The notes: generated by a model from the sequence alone, not told the origin. A stretch of DNA of 64,000 nt from an uncultured Chloroflexia bacterium (GCA_963765765.1 CAVXYC010000014.1:256001-320000); one strand, 5' to 3'; shown: positions 33,792-45,226, counted from the first letter of the stretch. Numbers and translations are program-made.

Positions 33792-34175
33792 ATGCCGAGA
33801 AGAGAAGTCCTGGCCGCACCCGGAATGTTCATGCACGAAAACCCTATTCCTACGGCCATTAAGATGGGCCAATTTGTGTTCTCATCTGCGCTTCCCGGCA
33901 TCGAGCCGGATACGCAAGCGGTTCCCGATGATCCCGCGCGCCAGATGACACTCGCCTTTGAGCAGGTACGCCGCACGATGGAAGCAGCCGGTGGTACACC
34001 CAGTCATATCGCAAAGATGACGATATTCCTGAAGGATTTGAAGTACCGCTCTCTGGTGAACGATGAATGGCTGAAGATGTTCCCGGACGCGACGGACCGC
34101 CCGGTTCGTCACGCTATTCAGCTGGACCTGCCCCGCGGCTACATCGTCCAAGTAGAGATTATGGCGATCATCTAA
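33792..34175 (+). CDS. RidA/YjgF-family protein
   Basis: NPIP, AGGT..I.KMTIFL, VNDEW..MFP...RPVRH. Confidence 0.85.
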   Translation: MPRREVLAAPGMFMHENPIPTAIKMGQFVFSSALPGIEPDTQAVPDDPARQMTLAFEQVRRTMEAAGGTPSHIAKMTIFLKDLKYRSLVNDEWLKMFPDATDRPVRHAIQLDLPRGYIVQVEIMAII

Positions 34176-34318
34176 ACGGGACTGGTGTCGGACGACGCGA
34201 GCCGCATCACGTTGGCGGAGCTCACTCAATCGAGAAGGATCTGGTCGGCATTCCCGGCAGTTCCGATAGTGTCCGGCACCCTCGGCGTCATTCGAGGTCA
34301 ATCGATTGTCGTCCGTAT

Positions 34319-34348
34319 TTGACACGCATGACTGAAAGACCGTATGTT
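34319..34348 (+). promoter_or_regulatory. Putative sigma70 promoter
   Basis: TTGACA-N18-TATGTT upstream of the TPR gene. Confidence 0.4.
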
Positions 34349-34402
34349 GGGTCGGATGTTGTGACGCGTTTGTGACATTCTCTACAGGGCGAAGCTCGAT
34401 CT

Positions 34403-35599
34403 ATGATGTACACCCGCCGACGAAAAGGCACCTCCTGGTCCGTACTTCTCGGGGTTTTCGGCCTCGGCGTAACAGTGACATTTGCCGCGTCGCCCCTGCT
34501 CGGTGGGCCAGTGGCGGGTCCCATCTTCGGGCTCGCGGAGCGCCTTGGACACCGATCGTCGGCTGTCACCAACGAGGACCCGGACACCGACGACCCTGAT
34601 TCATCCTTACTTGCCGTGAGCGATGTCACGCGGCTGGTAGAAGATGGAACGCGTTCTATGCAGGCGGGTCGGTGGCAAGAAGCCTTTCAGGCATTTGACC
34701 GCGCAACCGAGCTCGAGCCGCGTGACAGCATTGCGCTGAGTCGGGGCGCACGGGCATTGCTGAACCAGAACAAGTCGACCGAGGGTCTGGAACGCGCTCG
34801 ACGGGCCTACGAAATGGCGCCGACATCAGCTGAGGCCAACCGCGTACTCACCCTGGCGCTCGATTGGAACAATCAATTCGACGCGGCGATCGCGGCTGGA
34901 GCTCGGGCCGTTGCAGCAGAGCCTACGAACGCAGATGGGCACGCGCTACTGGCGGAAGCGTTCGTGGACGCGTACAGGCTGCGAGAGGCAGACGAAGCAA
35001 TTGCTCGGGCTAGCGAGCTGAATGATCGCAATCCCGATGTTCACCGAGTCAAGGGCTACCTGGCGGAAAGCCGCGCAGAGTACGAAGCGGCAATCATCGA
35101 GTATCAACGCGCCGTGGAGCTGGCCCCCGGTTACTCTTACCTGTACCTGAATCTTGGCCACGCGTTACGCGTATCGAAGCGCTATGGCGAAGCTCGAACT
35201 GCATTCGTACGTGCAGCGGAGCTAAATCCGCAGGACGCGCGGCCTGTTGGTGGGCTCGGTATGATTGCATACGCCATCGAGGACTACGAGGGCGCCAAAA
35301 GTTACCTCCGCCAGGCAATCAGCATTGATTCGCACTATGTAACCGGCCATGCGCAGCTCGGCTGGGTGTTCTACGTCCTGAAACAGTACGAGCAAGCGCT
35401 TCCCAATTTTGAGCGCGCAATCGAGCTCGAGAAAGATCGCTCTCGCCTCGCGCAATACCTTCATGCGGTGGGCTGGGTGCACCTCCACGCGCAACGTTTC
35501 CAGGAGTCACGCATGGCCTTCGACAACGCTCTGAAGCTTGCTCCGGATCTGGTTGGAGCACGTGAGGGGCTGAAAGCGCTTGGCCACCGCGGCCGCTGA
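34403..35599 (+). CDS. Membrane-anchored or exported tetratricopeptide-repeat protein
   Basis: Hydrophobic N-terminus, multiple 34-aa A...F.RA.EL.P repeats. Confidence 0.88.
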   Translation: MMYTRRRKGTSWSVLLGVFGLGVTVTFAASPLLGGPVAGPIFGLAERLGHRSSAVTNEDPDTDDPDSSLLAVSDVTRLVEDGTRSMQAGRWQEAFQAFDRATELEPRDSIALSRGARALLNQNKSTEGLERARRAYEMAPTSAEANRVLTLALDWNNQFDAAIAAGARAVAAEPTNADGHALLAEAFVDAYRLREADEAIARASELNDRNPDVHRVKGYLAESRAEYEAAIIEYQRAVELAPGYSYLYLNLGHALRVSKRYGEARTAFVRAAELNPQDARPVGGLGMIAYAIEDYEGAKSYLRQAISIDSHYVTGHAQLGWVFYVLKQYEQALPNFERAIELEKDRSRLAQYLHAVGWVHLHAQRFQESRMAFDNALKLAPDLVGAREGLKALGHRGR

Positions 35600-35605
35600 G
35601 CCAGT

Positions 35606-35722
35606 CCCCTAACCCCTAACCCCTAACCCCTAACCCCTAACCCCTAACCCCTAACCCCTAACCCCTAACCCCTAACCCCTAACCCTAACCCTAACCCCTA
35701 ACCCCTAACCCCTAACCCCTAA
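35606..35722. repeat. Tandem repeat (CCCCTAA)n: 15 heptamers plus 2 CCCTAA hexamers
   Basis: Counted directly; hexamers at 35683-35694. Confidence 0.97.
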
Positions 35723-35881
35723 CAAATTGTGATCCAACTGCAATCCGAGACCCCCTCAACAACGACGCCAGTGGCGGTATCGTTCGCTCCGCGATACTTT
35801 GACGGGGCGCGCTGGCCATGGCCCGCGATTTGCTCCACATGACCGGGTGCGGTATAACCCGCCACCTCTGAATGCTGCTTC

Positions 35882-37015
35882 ATGTCTAATCGCATACCCG
35901 CCTCCAGCTCGCAGCCCTCTCAGCGGTTCACGCCGCGACCGACGGTCTCCGACCTCGAACAACTAGTTGGCGCGCTTTCAGCCCCGGACCAATCGCGGAT
36001 CGCCCGACTGTTTCAGATCGTGACCTCAACAGGGCATCTCGATGCACCCCAGTCAATGCACCCGTGGATAGAAGGTCTCTTCGGTTCGGTCTCCGCGGTA
36101 GAAGCCCAACGGATCGTCCGCACCACGAACCTTGTGACCTATGAAGGCACGCTGTTCAACGAGCTACGGGCTTCACGGCCAATTGAGACAGAGATCCCTG
36201 AGGAGCTCGGCACAATCGTGACAAGCGGGACTGGGGATCCGTTCTGCCGCCCTCTGGAGGGAACGCCCTCAGATGCGTTCGGCCGGGTCCAGGGTGAGCG
36301 CAGTATCACCGCAAGCAACATCGCTAAGTACGATGCGCTCCACAGCGTCATCATATTCGACCAGCACAATCCTTTGGCGCTGTCCCGTGAGCTGATTGAC
36401 GATGCCTTTGACGTTGGATCCCGCTGGGCGGAAAAGGCTGTTGAGTACGATCCGCTGGCTTGCTACTACTTCTTGATGTGGAACTGCATGTGGAAGAGCG
36501 GCGCGTCCATTCTTCACGGTCATGCTCAGATCACATGCACGCGCGACCGTCACTACGCCCGCGTGGAGCAGCTTCGAGCGGCAGCCGAGCGATATCAGGC
36601 CCAGCACAACGTGAACTATTTCAAGGACCTCGTCGAGGCGCACAAGTCAATGGGGCTGACGATCAATCGCGGTCCATCGACAATCATGGCGAGCCTCACT
36701 CCGATAAAGGAGAAAGAGGTCTGGATCCTAGCCGATGAGCACTCCAACGATCTGAACGGCGTAATTTACGATGTGCTGGAGTGTTTCACGCGAAAACTAG
36801 GCGTGGTCAGCTTTAACCTGGTGGCATACATGCCGCCGCTCCGACCCGTTGCCGAGAGCTGGGAAGGCTTCCCCTTCATCATCCGAATCGTGGATCGCGG
36901 GCCGCTAGCAAATAAGACCGCTGACTTCGGTGCCATGGAGCTCTATGCCAGCAGCGTCGTCTCCAGCGATCCGTTCCGAATCATCGAAGCCCTGGACGAG
37001 CACATCGACGAGTGA
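35882..37015 (+). CDS. HIT/GalT-like nucleotidyltransferase or hydrolase
   Basis: WN...SGASILHGHAQ (HxHxQ) and DPFC motifs. Confidence 0.65.
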   Translation: MSNRIPASSSQPSQRFTPRPTVSDLEQLVGALSAPDQSRIARLFQIVTSTGHLDAPQSMHPWIEGLFGSVSAVEAQRIVRTTNLVTYEGTLFNELRASRPIETEIPEELGTIVTSGTGDPFCRPLEGTPSDAFGRVQGERSITASNIAKYDALHSVIIFDQHNPLALSRELIDDAFDVGSRWAEKAVEYDPLACYYFLMWNCMWKSGASILHGHAQITCTRDRHYARVEQLRAAAERYQAQHNVNYFKDLVEAHKSMGLTINRGPSTIMASLTPIKEKEVWILADEHSNDLNGVIYDVLECFTRKLGVVSFNLVAYMPPLRPVAESWEGFPFIIRIVDRGPLANKTADFGAMELYASSVVSSDPFRIIEALDEHIDE

Positions 37016-37130
37016 GCAGCGGGCAGCGGATAGTAACGCTTCGCTCTTCGCTGGATGATTCTCATTATGCGGCGCAGCTTCCAGCGCTGGCTGAGCGCCG
37101 TTCCGATCTATTGCTGATCGCCTTCAGTGC

Positions 37131-38222
37131 TCACCTGTTCGCGTATCCGGTCAGCTCAACGTAGCCTACGCCGGCAACCTGACGGCCATTGCTCCAGCCG
37201 GTAACCGTGTTCTCGCCTTCCCAGTAGGTCTGACCGGTGGTGCCTTCAGTGACAAGCTCCTGGTCCAGAACCACGGGTTCAAAGACGAGCTCCAGTAGCG
37301 GATCTCTGACCCGAACCGTCCAGCCGATCGGGTAGCGTGCGCCACTCCGGGTGCTCACCCATGAGCCACGAGGCTCCAGGCTGAATGCACTCGCCGGCAG
37401 GTGTCGAACCGAGCCGTCTGGCCCTACATAGGTTCCGTACGCAAGCTGAGTAATTCCGCGGTCATCGCGGATGGTGTTAAGCATAATGTCGGAGCCATCA
37501 GTAAGCTGGGCGCTGATCCAGTCCCAACCGCCGCCCAGCACCAGAAAATTACCCCACTGGTGATCGAACCAGGCCACCCCAGTCACACGCTTCTGTACAC
37601 CGTGATCATCGATCACACCCTGGATCTCCAGCCGCGTTCGGGTGACGTAGTAAGAATCGCCCGCGGGTCCGAAGGAGATCAGTCCATCATCGTCGTGTAG
37701 AACGGCGGGTTTCCGTGGGCGAAGCGTCAGATCGATCGCATAACGAGGCATGCTGGCGCTTAGAAAATTGTCGCCCTCACCACCGACCATGCGCCAGCCG
37801 TTGACGTCCAGATCGAATCCGTCCTGGCCTACTTGCTTGCTTCCAGTGATAGACCGTTGGTCGTACTGAAAGTCGCGTCGCTGATGATCCGTGATTGCGA
37901 AGTGACCGACGTATGCCGTGGGCAGATTGCCGCGAATTGCCTGGAACGTGACCAGCTCAAACCCGAAGCGCTCACCCGTGTCGGTTGAAAGGTGCCCCGT
38001 GTAATACCACCACTCAGTCAGATAGTCGTGCGGCGCATCGTCAGCCGGAAGCGACACTTCGGGATACGCGATCGCCGGCCGGGGAGGGGTATCCGCTAGC
38101 GGCTCCACCGGCCCGGCGCACGACGTCAGTAGCATGGATACGCAAACCAACCCAATAACGTGCAGGCCAATACGACGTCCGGAGGTCGCCCGGCGTGTTT
38201 TGCGATCCGTAGACGCTGCCAT
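37131..38222 (-). CDS. AttH/CrtC-like lipocalin-fold lipoprotein
   Basis: EWWYYTGHL, WFDHQW, GWDW, YWEG, GYVELTGY; lipobox LTSC. Confidence 0.85.
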   Translation of the reverse strand: MAASTDRKTRRATSGRRIGLHVIGLVCVSMLLTSCAGPVEPLADTPPRPAIAYPEVSLPADDAPHDYLTEWWYYTGHLSTDTGERFGFELVTFQAIRGNLPTAYVGHFAITDHQRRDFQYDQRSITGSKQVGQDGFDLDVNGWRMVGGEGDNFLSASMPRYAIDLTLRPRKPAVLHDDDGLISFGPAGDSYYVTRTRLEIQGVIDDHGVQKRVTGVAWFDHQWGNFLVLGGGWDWISAQLTDGSDIMLNTIRDDRGITQLAYGTYVGPDGSVRHLPASAFSLEPRGSWVSTRSGARYPIGWTVRVRDPLLELVFEPVVLDQELVTEGTTGQTYWEGENTVTGWSNGRQVAGVGYVELTGYANR

Positions 38223-38224
38223 TC

Positions 38225-40594
38225 TCAACTCTTCACTCTTAAATCCTTCATTCGTCCCGGTGCCCACCAGTTCCAGTCGCCCAGCAGCCGCATCGTCGCG
38301 GGCACCAGCAGCGCTCTCACCACCGTGGCATCCAGGAGCACGGCGATGGCTGTGCCAAGTCCGAGCGCCTTAATGAGGATAATATCCGCCGCAACAAACG
38401 ATGCCGAGACCAGCACAATAATCGCCGCCGCGCTGGTGATGATTCGTCCGCTTCGCTCCAGGCCTTGAGCCACGCTCTCCCGGTTGTCGCCCGTCTCCAG
38501 ATATGCCTCGCGGATACGCGCGAGCAGAAAGACCTCGTAATCCATTGAAAGTCCAAACAGGACACAGAACAACACAATGGGAAGCGATGCTTCCACGAAT
38601 CCAAGCGGTTGGAAGCCCAGCAGTCCGCTGAATGCGCCTTCCTGGAACACCACGACTAGTGCGCCATAGCTCGCGGTGATCGACAACGCGTTCATCATGA
38701 TTGCCTTGAACGGCAACACCACTGAGCGGAAGGTCCACAGCAGCACGAAATACGTTGCGCCGACGACGAACACGAGGGCCCTCGGGAAGTCGGCGTAAAG
38801 CGCGTCTACGTAGTCCACAACACCGGCGGAACCACCACCCACCAGCGTCTCCATGCCGCCACCCACCGGTGTTGCGCGAATACTGCGAACCAGTGACTTT
38901 GCCTCGGCAGTGGTCTGACCTTCACGAGCAACCACGCGCAAGAGCGTGAGCGGCTCTCGCGTGAAGACGCCGGCCGCCGCCTTGGCGAACCCCTCATAGA
39001 CTCTGCCGGAGTCGCGGTACAGGAGCTGATACTGCTCGCGTGTCAACCGCGGGTCCAGCGTGACCATAGAATCCACACGCGCCACCCGTGGATCTGCCTC
39101 GATTCTCCGCGCGAAATCCGCCAGATTGCCGATACGCTCAGGCGTATACAGCGTGTCCTGAGCCTGCACTACCACCAGAATCGGCGCAATCTCACCGGCT
39201 CCAAACCGGTCGCTCAGGAGATCGAATCCCTGGCGAGACTGCACATCGCGCGGAAGGATCGAAGCATCCGGCGCGCCGAGATCCACGCGTAGGAATGGCG
39301 CCCCGAGGAACAACAAGCCGACCACCACAACGGCGAACACCGGCCAGGGCCGAGCCATCACTACTTGGGCAACACGGTGCCACAGTCCCGAGCGCCCTCG
39401 GGGCGGGCGCAGGACCGTGAGTGCGTCCACCCGACGGCCCAGGATTGCCAAAAGCGACGGCAGGAGGGTGAGCGCAGCCAGCACGCACAGACCAACGACG
39501 ATGGCTCCCGCGATCCCCAGCGAACGCATCGCCATGACATCAAACGTCATGAGACCAAGGAGGCCTAGCAGCACGGTGAGTCCTGAGATCAGAACGGCAC
39601 GGCCGGCTGTCGACATGGTGACAGCCAGAGCATCTGCGACTCCCGAAGACGACGGAGGACGGTCAACGGACAACGGAGCCGGTGCCGTGGCAATTGCCCC
39701 TCGTCCTCTGTTGCTGGCCTTTGGTTCACCCAGGAGCTCCTCGTCCGTCATCCGTCGTCCAGGGTTTCGAATCAACTCCTCCCGGAATCGGCTCACGATG
39801 AACAGTGAGTAGTCGATGCCCAGACCAAGGCCGAGCATGGTAACGAGGTTCAGAGCGAAGATCGAAAGATCGGTAACGTTGGAAATGAGCGCAATGGCGC
39901 CGAGTGTCGCTGCTACTGCTGCTCCCCCCACGATGGCCGGCAGCGCCGACGCCACAAGTGATCCAAAAAGAAAAATTAGCGCGAGACCGGCAAACGGAAA
40001 CGAGATCAGCTCAGCGCGTCTGAGATCGCGCTCGGTAACTTCCAGAATGTCTGAGAAGAAAACCGGCGCGCCAGTCAGCACCATATTCAGCTCGGTAGGC
40101 TGAAGCGCCGCCTTGACGGCGGGAAGAGCTTCCCGAAAAGCCTCAGGACCTACATTAAGCGCGATGGACGCATATGCCGAATGCCGATCTGGCGCCGCCT
40201 GCAGAGCGTTCTCGCGCTGGGTAGTGATGGAGGCCACGCCTGCGAGGTTCCGGACTTGTGCGAGGGATGCATCCATAGCAGCAAGGAAGCGCGGATCGTC
40301 AGTCGTCCACTCATCACTCGTATAGACCGCCACCAGCGTTGCCGGGCTGGACTGAAACGCGGCCTGCAGCAGGTCCCCCGCCCGCTGTGCTTCATCGGTC
40401 GGACTACTAAAGCCGCCCGGCTGGAGCCGACGCACCGCGGTGGGGGCGAAGGGCAAACACACCAGAATAAGGACGGCCCAGAAGCCAATCACCCAACGGT
40501 GATATCGATAGATCCAATACCCAGCGGATGCAAATCCGCCCGATGTCGCCGCATGGGCTGCCACGAGACGAGGATACAAAAACTTCGCCACCAA
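38225..40594 (-). CDS. MMPL-family (RND) transporter
   Basis: GLGIDYSLFIVSRFREE, FGLSMDYEVFL, LVPATM..LG.WNWW. Confidence 0.93.
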   Translation of the reverse strand: MVAKFLYPRLVAAHAATSGGFASAGYWIYRYHRWVIGFWAVLILVCLPFAPTAVRRLQPGGFSSPTDEAQRAGDLLQAAFQSSPATLVAVYTSDEWTTDDPRFLAAMDASLAQVRNLAGVASITTQRENALQAAPDRHSAYASIALNVGPEAFREALPAVKAALQPTELNMVLTGAPVFFSDILEVTERDLRRAELISFPFAGLALIFLFGSLVASALPAIVGGAAVAATLGAIALISNVTDLSIFALNLVTMLGLGLGIDYSLFIVSRFREELIRNPGRRMTDEELLGEPKASNRGRGAIATAPAPLSVDRPPSSSGVADALAVTMSTAGRAVLISGLTVLLGLLGLMTFDVMAMRSLGIAGAIVVGLCVLAALTLLPSLLAILGRRVDALTVLRPPRGRSGLWHRVAQVVMARPWPVFAVVVVGLLFLGAPFLRVDLGAPDASILPRDVQSRQGFDLLSDRFGAGEIAPILVVVQAQDTLYTPERIGNLADFARRIEADPRVARVDSMVTLDPRLTREQYQLLYRDSGRVYEGFAKAAAGVFTREPLTLLRVVAREGQTTAEAKSLVRSIRATPVGGGMETLVGGGSAGVVDYVDALYADFPRALVFVVGATYFVLLWTFRSVVLPFKAIMMNALSITASYGALVVVFQEGAFSGLLGFQPLGFVEASLPIVLFCVLFGLSMDYEVFLLARIREAYLETGDNRESVAQGLERSGRIITSAAAIIVLVSASFVAADIILIKALGLGTAIAVLLDATVVRALLVPATMRLLGDWNWWAPGRMKDLRVKS

Positions 40595-40833
40595 CCTGCG
40601 GATTAAGCGGTGATGCTTACGTCAACCCCTCGGTCTTTGCGCACGCACCGTTGTTTAACTGTGGCGGATCTCGGCGCATTCCGGACGGCTGAAAGGCGAT
40701 CTCAATATCTCTGTACCGCCCTGCCTCTGCGCCAGGGGAGCAAAGCCACCGTGGTGCACGGTCAACTGCCGCCTCCCCCACCACGTGGACCACCTCCATG
40801 CACTCTGGTAACATTCACCGTACACATACGCAT

Positions 40834-40908
40834 GGGCCTGTGGCGCAGCGGGAGCGCGCTTCCTTGGCATGGAAGAGGTCAGGGGTTCGATTCCCCTCAG
40901 GTCCACCA
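40834..40908 (+). tRNA. tRNA-Ala (anticodon GGC)
   Basis: Acceptor GGGCCTG/CAGGTCC with G3-U70, anticodon arm CTTCC-TTGGCAT-GGAAG, GTTCGA T-loop, encoded CCA. Confidence 0.97.
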
Positions 40909-40921
40909 GAATTGACATTCA

Positions 40922-40946
40922 TGAGCCCTTCGGGGCTCGTTTCGTT
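40922..40946 (+). terminator. Terminator after tRNA
   Basis: GAGCCC-TTCG-GGGCTC followed by GTTTCGTT. Confidence 0.75.
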
Positions 40947-40959
40947 CTCAGGATTGCGG

Positions 40960-41125
40960 CCTCGGCATTGAGGCTGCACAAATTGCTGCCCTTCGCGGGC
41001 GCTGGCGGAATCCTCGCCGGCAGCTCGACCGTCACACCGGGCTATCCCATTTCCGATCCGCGAAGCGTCATGCTGAAAGGCATCGCCGAGCCCGCAGATG
41101 TCGTCACAGTCAAGTAGCGCCGATC
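40960..41125 (+). pseudogene. Possible C-terminal remnant of a class III adenylate/guanylate cyclase
   Basis: AGAGGILA.SSTV...PRSVMLKGIAEPADVV resembles the cyclase C-terminal LKG motif; no start found. Confidence 0.4.
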
Positions 41126-41487
41126 GCCTATTTTCGGTGACATTGAAGCTCCGCGGACTCTCGTAGAGTCGCGCTGTGCTTCTCTTCGCTCATCGCTCGG
41201 CCAAACATGTAACAGCAGTGACCAGCCACTGTACCGTTGGATGTCACCGGGGATTAGAAGACTGGACGGGCGCCATTGGCCTCGTGCGCGCCAGGGTGCA
41301 CTACCCCAAATATGACACGCATTGGGGCATGCGCTAGGTCATGATGAGCCGTAAGATCAGCCGACACGGAGAGCTTGATCGTCATCGATGCCGCACCAAT
41401 CTGCCCCGCTGTGGTCAATTACATGGCCAGGCATTTGCGCGTCCACGACGCGCTGACCGGAGCTCTCAAATGAGCGGTGCCTTTTCA

Positions 41488-42438
41488 ATGACGCAACCTC
41501 GAACAGCGGAGCCGCCCCGTATGAGTCACTCCTACGGACGCTGGTTCTGGGCTACCGTACGCCCTGGTATCACCGCGCTGGCGGCGGGGTGCCTGATGCT
41601 CTCGACGGCTCTCCGCGCTGCTGCCGCCGAAATGCAGCCTCAGCCGCCCATCATGCATGAATTGATCGCGCTCTCCCCGTCGTCCTTCTATGTCCGCTGG
41701 TCAGACCAGTGGGGCGAGGGCCCCGCTGACGGCCTGCGGGCCACCGTCTATCACAACGAGCGGCTCGTCCTGGCGGTCGATCTGGGCAACCAACCGGCCT
41801 CGGGCTCGGCCGAGATCGACGATCCCAACGCCATCCTTCAGCCGTCCACCCACTACTGCGTCGGGCTCCGCGCCTACCTCGGCTCGGGCGCCAGCGACAG
41901 CAGCACGTTCTCCGACGAGAGCAACCGCTTCTGCACCACGACCCCCGCGGCAGCGTCGGTGACGGCGATCCCGCGCGTGCCGATACCCACCGAGGTGACG
42001 ACGCCAGCTGCGCCGCCGGACCTGGCGCTCGAAGCCATCCGCGGTCGCGAGGAGCGCGAGTGGAGCGAGGTCAACGAGACCACGCCGACGTATCTCATTG
42101 CCCTTCGCAATGACGGCGCGGATGCTCTTGGCACGGTGGTGGTGGAGATCGCCACCTCCGGGGTGCTGACGCTCGCGGATGTGACGCAGGCCGCCCGCGA
42201 CGATTGGGCGGCCGACGGGTTTACCTGCACGTCCACCACCCCGTCGGGACGGGCCAATGCCGGCCTGCGCTGCACGGGCGGCACGTTGAGGTCCGGGCAA
42301 AGCACCAGCCCGGCGATTGTCGTGCGCCCCAGCCGCCCGGGCTTCGGCTACATTCAAGCCTCCATCGGCATCCGTTCCGGCCCAGCGGATATGGACACCA
42401 GCGACAACAGTCAAATGCTGGCGGTGAGGATCTTCTAG
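41488..42438 (+). CDS. Secreted protein with FN3-like and Ig-like (CARDB/DUF11-like) domains; start uncertain
   Basis: Signal-like segment ending ALRAAAA, LQPSTHYCVGLRAY, PDLAL...LRNDG...DTSDN, two Cys pairs. Confidence 0.65.
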   Translation: MTQPRTAEPPRMSHSYGRWFWATVRPGITALAAGCLMLSTALRAAAAEMQPQPPIMHELIALSPSSFYVRWSDQWGEGPADGLRATVYHNERLVLAVDLGNQPASGSAEIDDPNAILQPSTHYCVGLRAYLGSGASDSSTFSDESNRFCTTTPAAASVTAIPRVPIPTEVTTPAAPPDLALEAIRGREEREWSEVNETTPTYLIALRNDGADALGTVVVEIATSGVLTLADVTQAARDDWAADGFTCTSTTPSGRANAGLRCTGGTLRSGQSTSPAIVVRPSRPGFGYIQASIGIRSGPADMDTSDNSQMLAVRIF

Positions 42439-42492
42439 GAATCCTGCCGTATGCCGCACCACCGCGTGGACCCTAACTTGTCAAGACCAGGC

Positions 42493-45226
42493 TCAGCTGG
42501 TCGCTTCCAATGACTTCCCACGGTCTACAGAGTCCAGGAGAGCTTGAGCTTGAGAGCCGGCCTGTCGGCGATTCAAGACTCCGAGCTTCACGCAGACGCT
42601 TGCGACATGCTTTTTGACAGTCGCGGGCGAGATGTTGAGGCGCTCGCCGATCTCCTTATTCGTTTGAAAGGTAGCCAGAAGTGCGAGCACATCGGCCTCG
42701 CGCCAGGTGAGTCGGGCAGGCAGACGCGCGCGAGATTCCTTTCGTTGCGATATCGCCGAAAAGCTATGGCGCGCTCTCCGTTGAGTGAGGAGAGCGGCCG
42801 GAAACTCCCGTTCGGATTCCGGCAGATTCTGGACGAGCTCCTGAAGCACAGATGTCATCGCGTCATCAAGCTCAAGGAACGGCCGAGTTATACCGCCCGG
42901 TTTCGCTAGGGAAACAGCGCGGGTTAGATCGCCCAGCGCGGTATCACGAGCACCGTGGCGAGCCTGGAATTCCGCTCGAGCGGCAAGTACTTCCACCAGA
43001 CGAGGCACGTCTCTGAATGTCTCAACCTGCTCCACGAGCCAGTCAAAAAGTGGTCCCGCGCGAGCGCATGCCGTCATGTCGGGAGATCGACTCAACGCTC
43101 GCGCGTTGGTCAATGAGACGCATTCCAGGGCGAAGCTGATGAGGCTCAGGAACGGCTCAAAATACGTCTGCGAAACGTGCGACACGTCGGGCCGCTCGTC
43201 GCTTAACAGCGCCAGGTGCGTACGTGCGGCGGCAATCGATCCGTACGGATCGAAACTGACGGTTTCGGACTGGAGCTCCTCCGCCAGATCAACGGTGGAG
43301 CGTGCCGCGCCCCGGTCGCCGAGCGCTTGATGCGCCAGCGCAAGACCGATGAGCGTCTCGCGGAGGATCACTGCGTTGCCGTGCGAACACTGCGCCATTG
43401 CCGCATCGAACTCGCCGCGTGCTCGGGCAGCGTCGCCACGGAGGAAATGAATCTGGCCGAGGAGGTAGTGCATGGAGACTGCGCTTAGTGGATACGCGGC
43501 ATCGGCGCAGTTTGCGAGGCTGAGCTGGGCCAGTTGATCCGCGCCGGTAAGATCCCCCTGGAAAAAGGCCAGGACGGCAAGCACAAACGCATGGTCGCCG
43601 GTGGGGGCGCCCGGCGCAGCAGCCGTCAGGAGAGTCTCGAGCTGCGCGCGTGCCTCTTCACCTTGTCCGGTGCAGTGGGACGCAATGGCCCAGACGAGAT
43701 ACGCATTTCGGCGAGCGAGCCGAAAATGTTCCGGAAGTCGGTTCAACACCAGTGGAGCTTGTCGAAGCGCTTCGCCAATGTGCCCCTCAAACATCAGCAA
43801 TGCGACCTGCAACGCATCACGCTGCACGCGCAGCTCGGAGAAGTACACGGTATCGAGCGAGCCCACGGAGTCATCGAGCAGGACGCTCGCCCGGTCCAGC
43901 ACCGCTCGCAGCGGCGCGATCGCCACCCCGATCTGCAAAACCCAGGCGCGGGCAATGAGCAAGCCCGCGCGCTGACGGATGAGCGCTTCCGGCAGCCGCT
44001 GCAGGCAATCGGCAAGGAGCACCCATCGTTCGGAATTCAGAAGCTCAACAGCCTTCGATTCGACGAGCTCGGCGGCAAGTGTCGGCTCGTTGGCCGCCAG
44101 GGCATGCCACAGCGCATCCGTAAGCATGTCGTGATTCGCAAGCCACTCGCTTGCTCGACGGTGCAATGCTTCCACGCCCGTCTCACCCTTGATGACGCGC
44201 AGCCGCTGAAGGAGCGCCTTTCGGAAGAGCGGGTGGTAGCGAAACCACTTGCCAGCGCCGTCCGTACTGGTGAGGAAGAGCTCGGCTCGTACGGCGTCAC
44301 CCAGCAGCTTCTCGCCATCACCAGGTGCCGCCCCATCCGCAAGAGCCTCATAAAGCGGACCGCAAAAGCGATCGCAAATCGAGGTCAGGAGAAGGAGCTC
44401 GCGCATCGATGCGTGCTGCTGAGTGAGGACCTCATCTATTAAGAAGTGCGATATAAACAGCTCGCCTCGCGTCAGCACGTCCTCGCCTAACCTGCTCACG
44501 GAACGCTTATCCGCTACGGTAAAAAGCCGCAGGCCGGCTGCCCATCCTTCCGTCTTTTCCAGCAATGAATCGGGATCCGGCGCGTCGAAGCTCGATTGGC
44601 TAGTTAACTCGGTAAACGCCCGTACTTCCGAACGGGTGAAGCAGAAGGTCAGCGCCGCGGATTTCGACAAGCTCATTGCGAGCACGGAGGTCGGCGAGCG
44701 GAAGGTCGGGCTCTGACCGACTGCAAACGACGAGATGAACCAGGGTCGGGAGGCGCGTAAGCAAGGCGCCAAGAAATTCCAGACAGCTCGGGTCCGTCAC
44801 GACCTCGAGCTCATCAAGAACGAGTATCAACTCCTCTGGCAGTTCCTCGCAGGCGTTGGCTATCAGCCAGGCCAGATAGTCCGACGAAGGGGGATGCGCC
44901 AGGTCGAGAAGCGCAAGCGGCCAACTGCCAAAACCCGGCAAAACGGCGCGCACCGAATCAATAACCTGTGCGGCGAATTCCAGGTAGTGTTGGGTGGCTC
45001 GGTCGAGGGTCAGCCAGGTCGTCATACGCCCCGACCGTGACACCCAATCGGAAACGAGCGTTGTCTTTCCGAACCCAGCTGGTGCGCAGACCAGGGTTAG
45101 GCGTTTCCCCCAACTGGAGTCGAGGATACGGTATAGACGGGCTCGCTCGACAAGGTTGGAGCCTGCCCATGGAATGTCAGCGCGTCTTGACGGAATCGAG
45201 ACGTCACCTCCTATGCCGGGGACCAC
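42493..45226 (-). CDS. MalT-like STAND ATPase/LuxR regulator 1, frameshift near 44645
   Basis: APAGFGKTT, TEGWAAGL, WFRYHPLF, C-terminal LTWRE HTH. Confidence 0.88.

Noticed and set aside
35606-35722. True telomere or eukaryotic contamination
   Set aside because: Short, internal, mostly heptameric and flanked by intact bacterial genes
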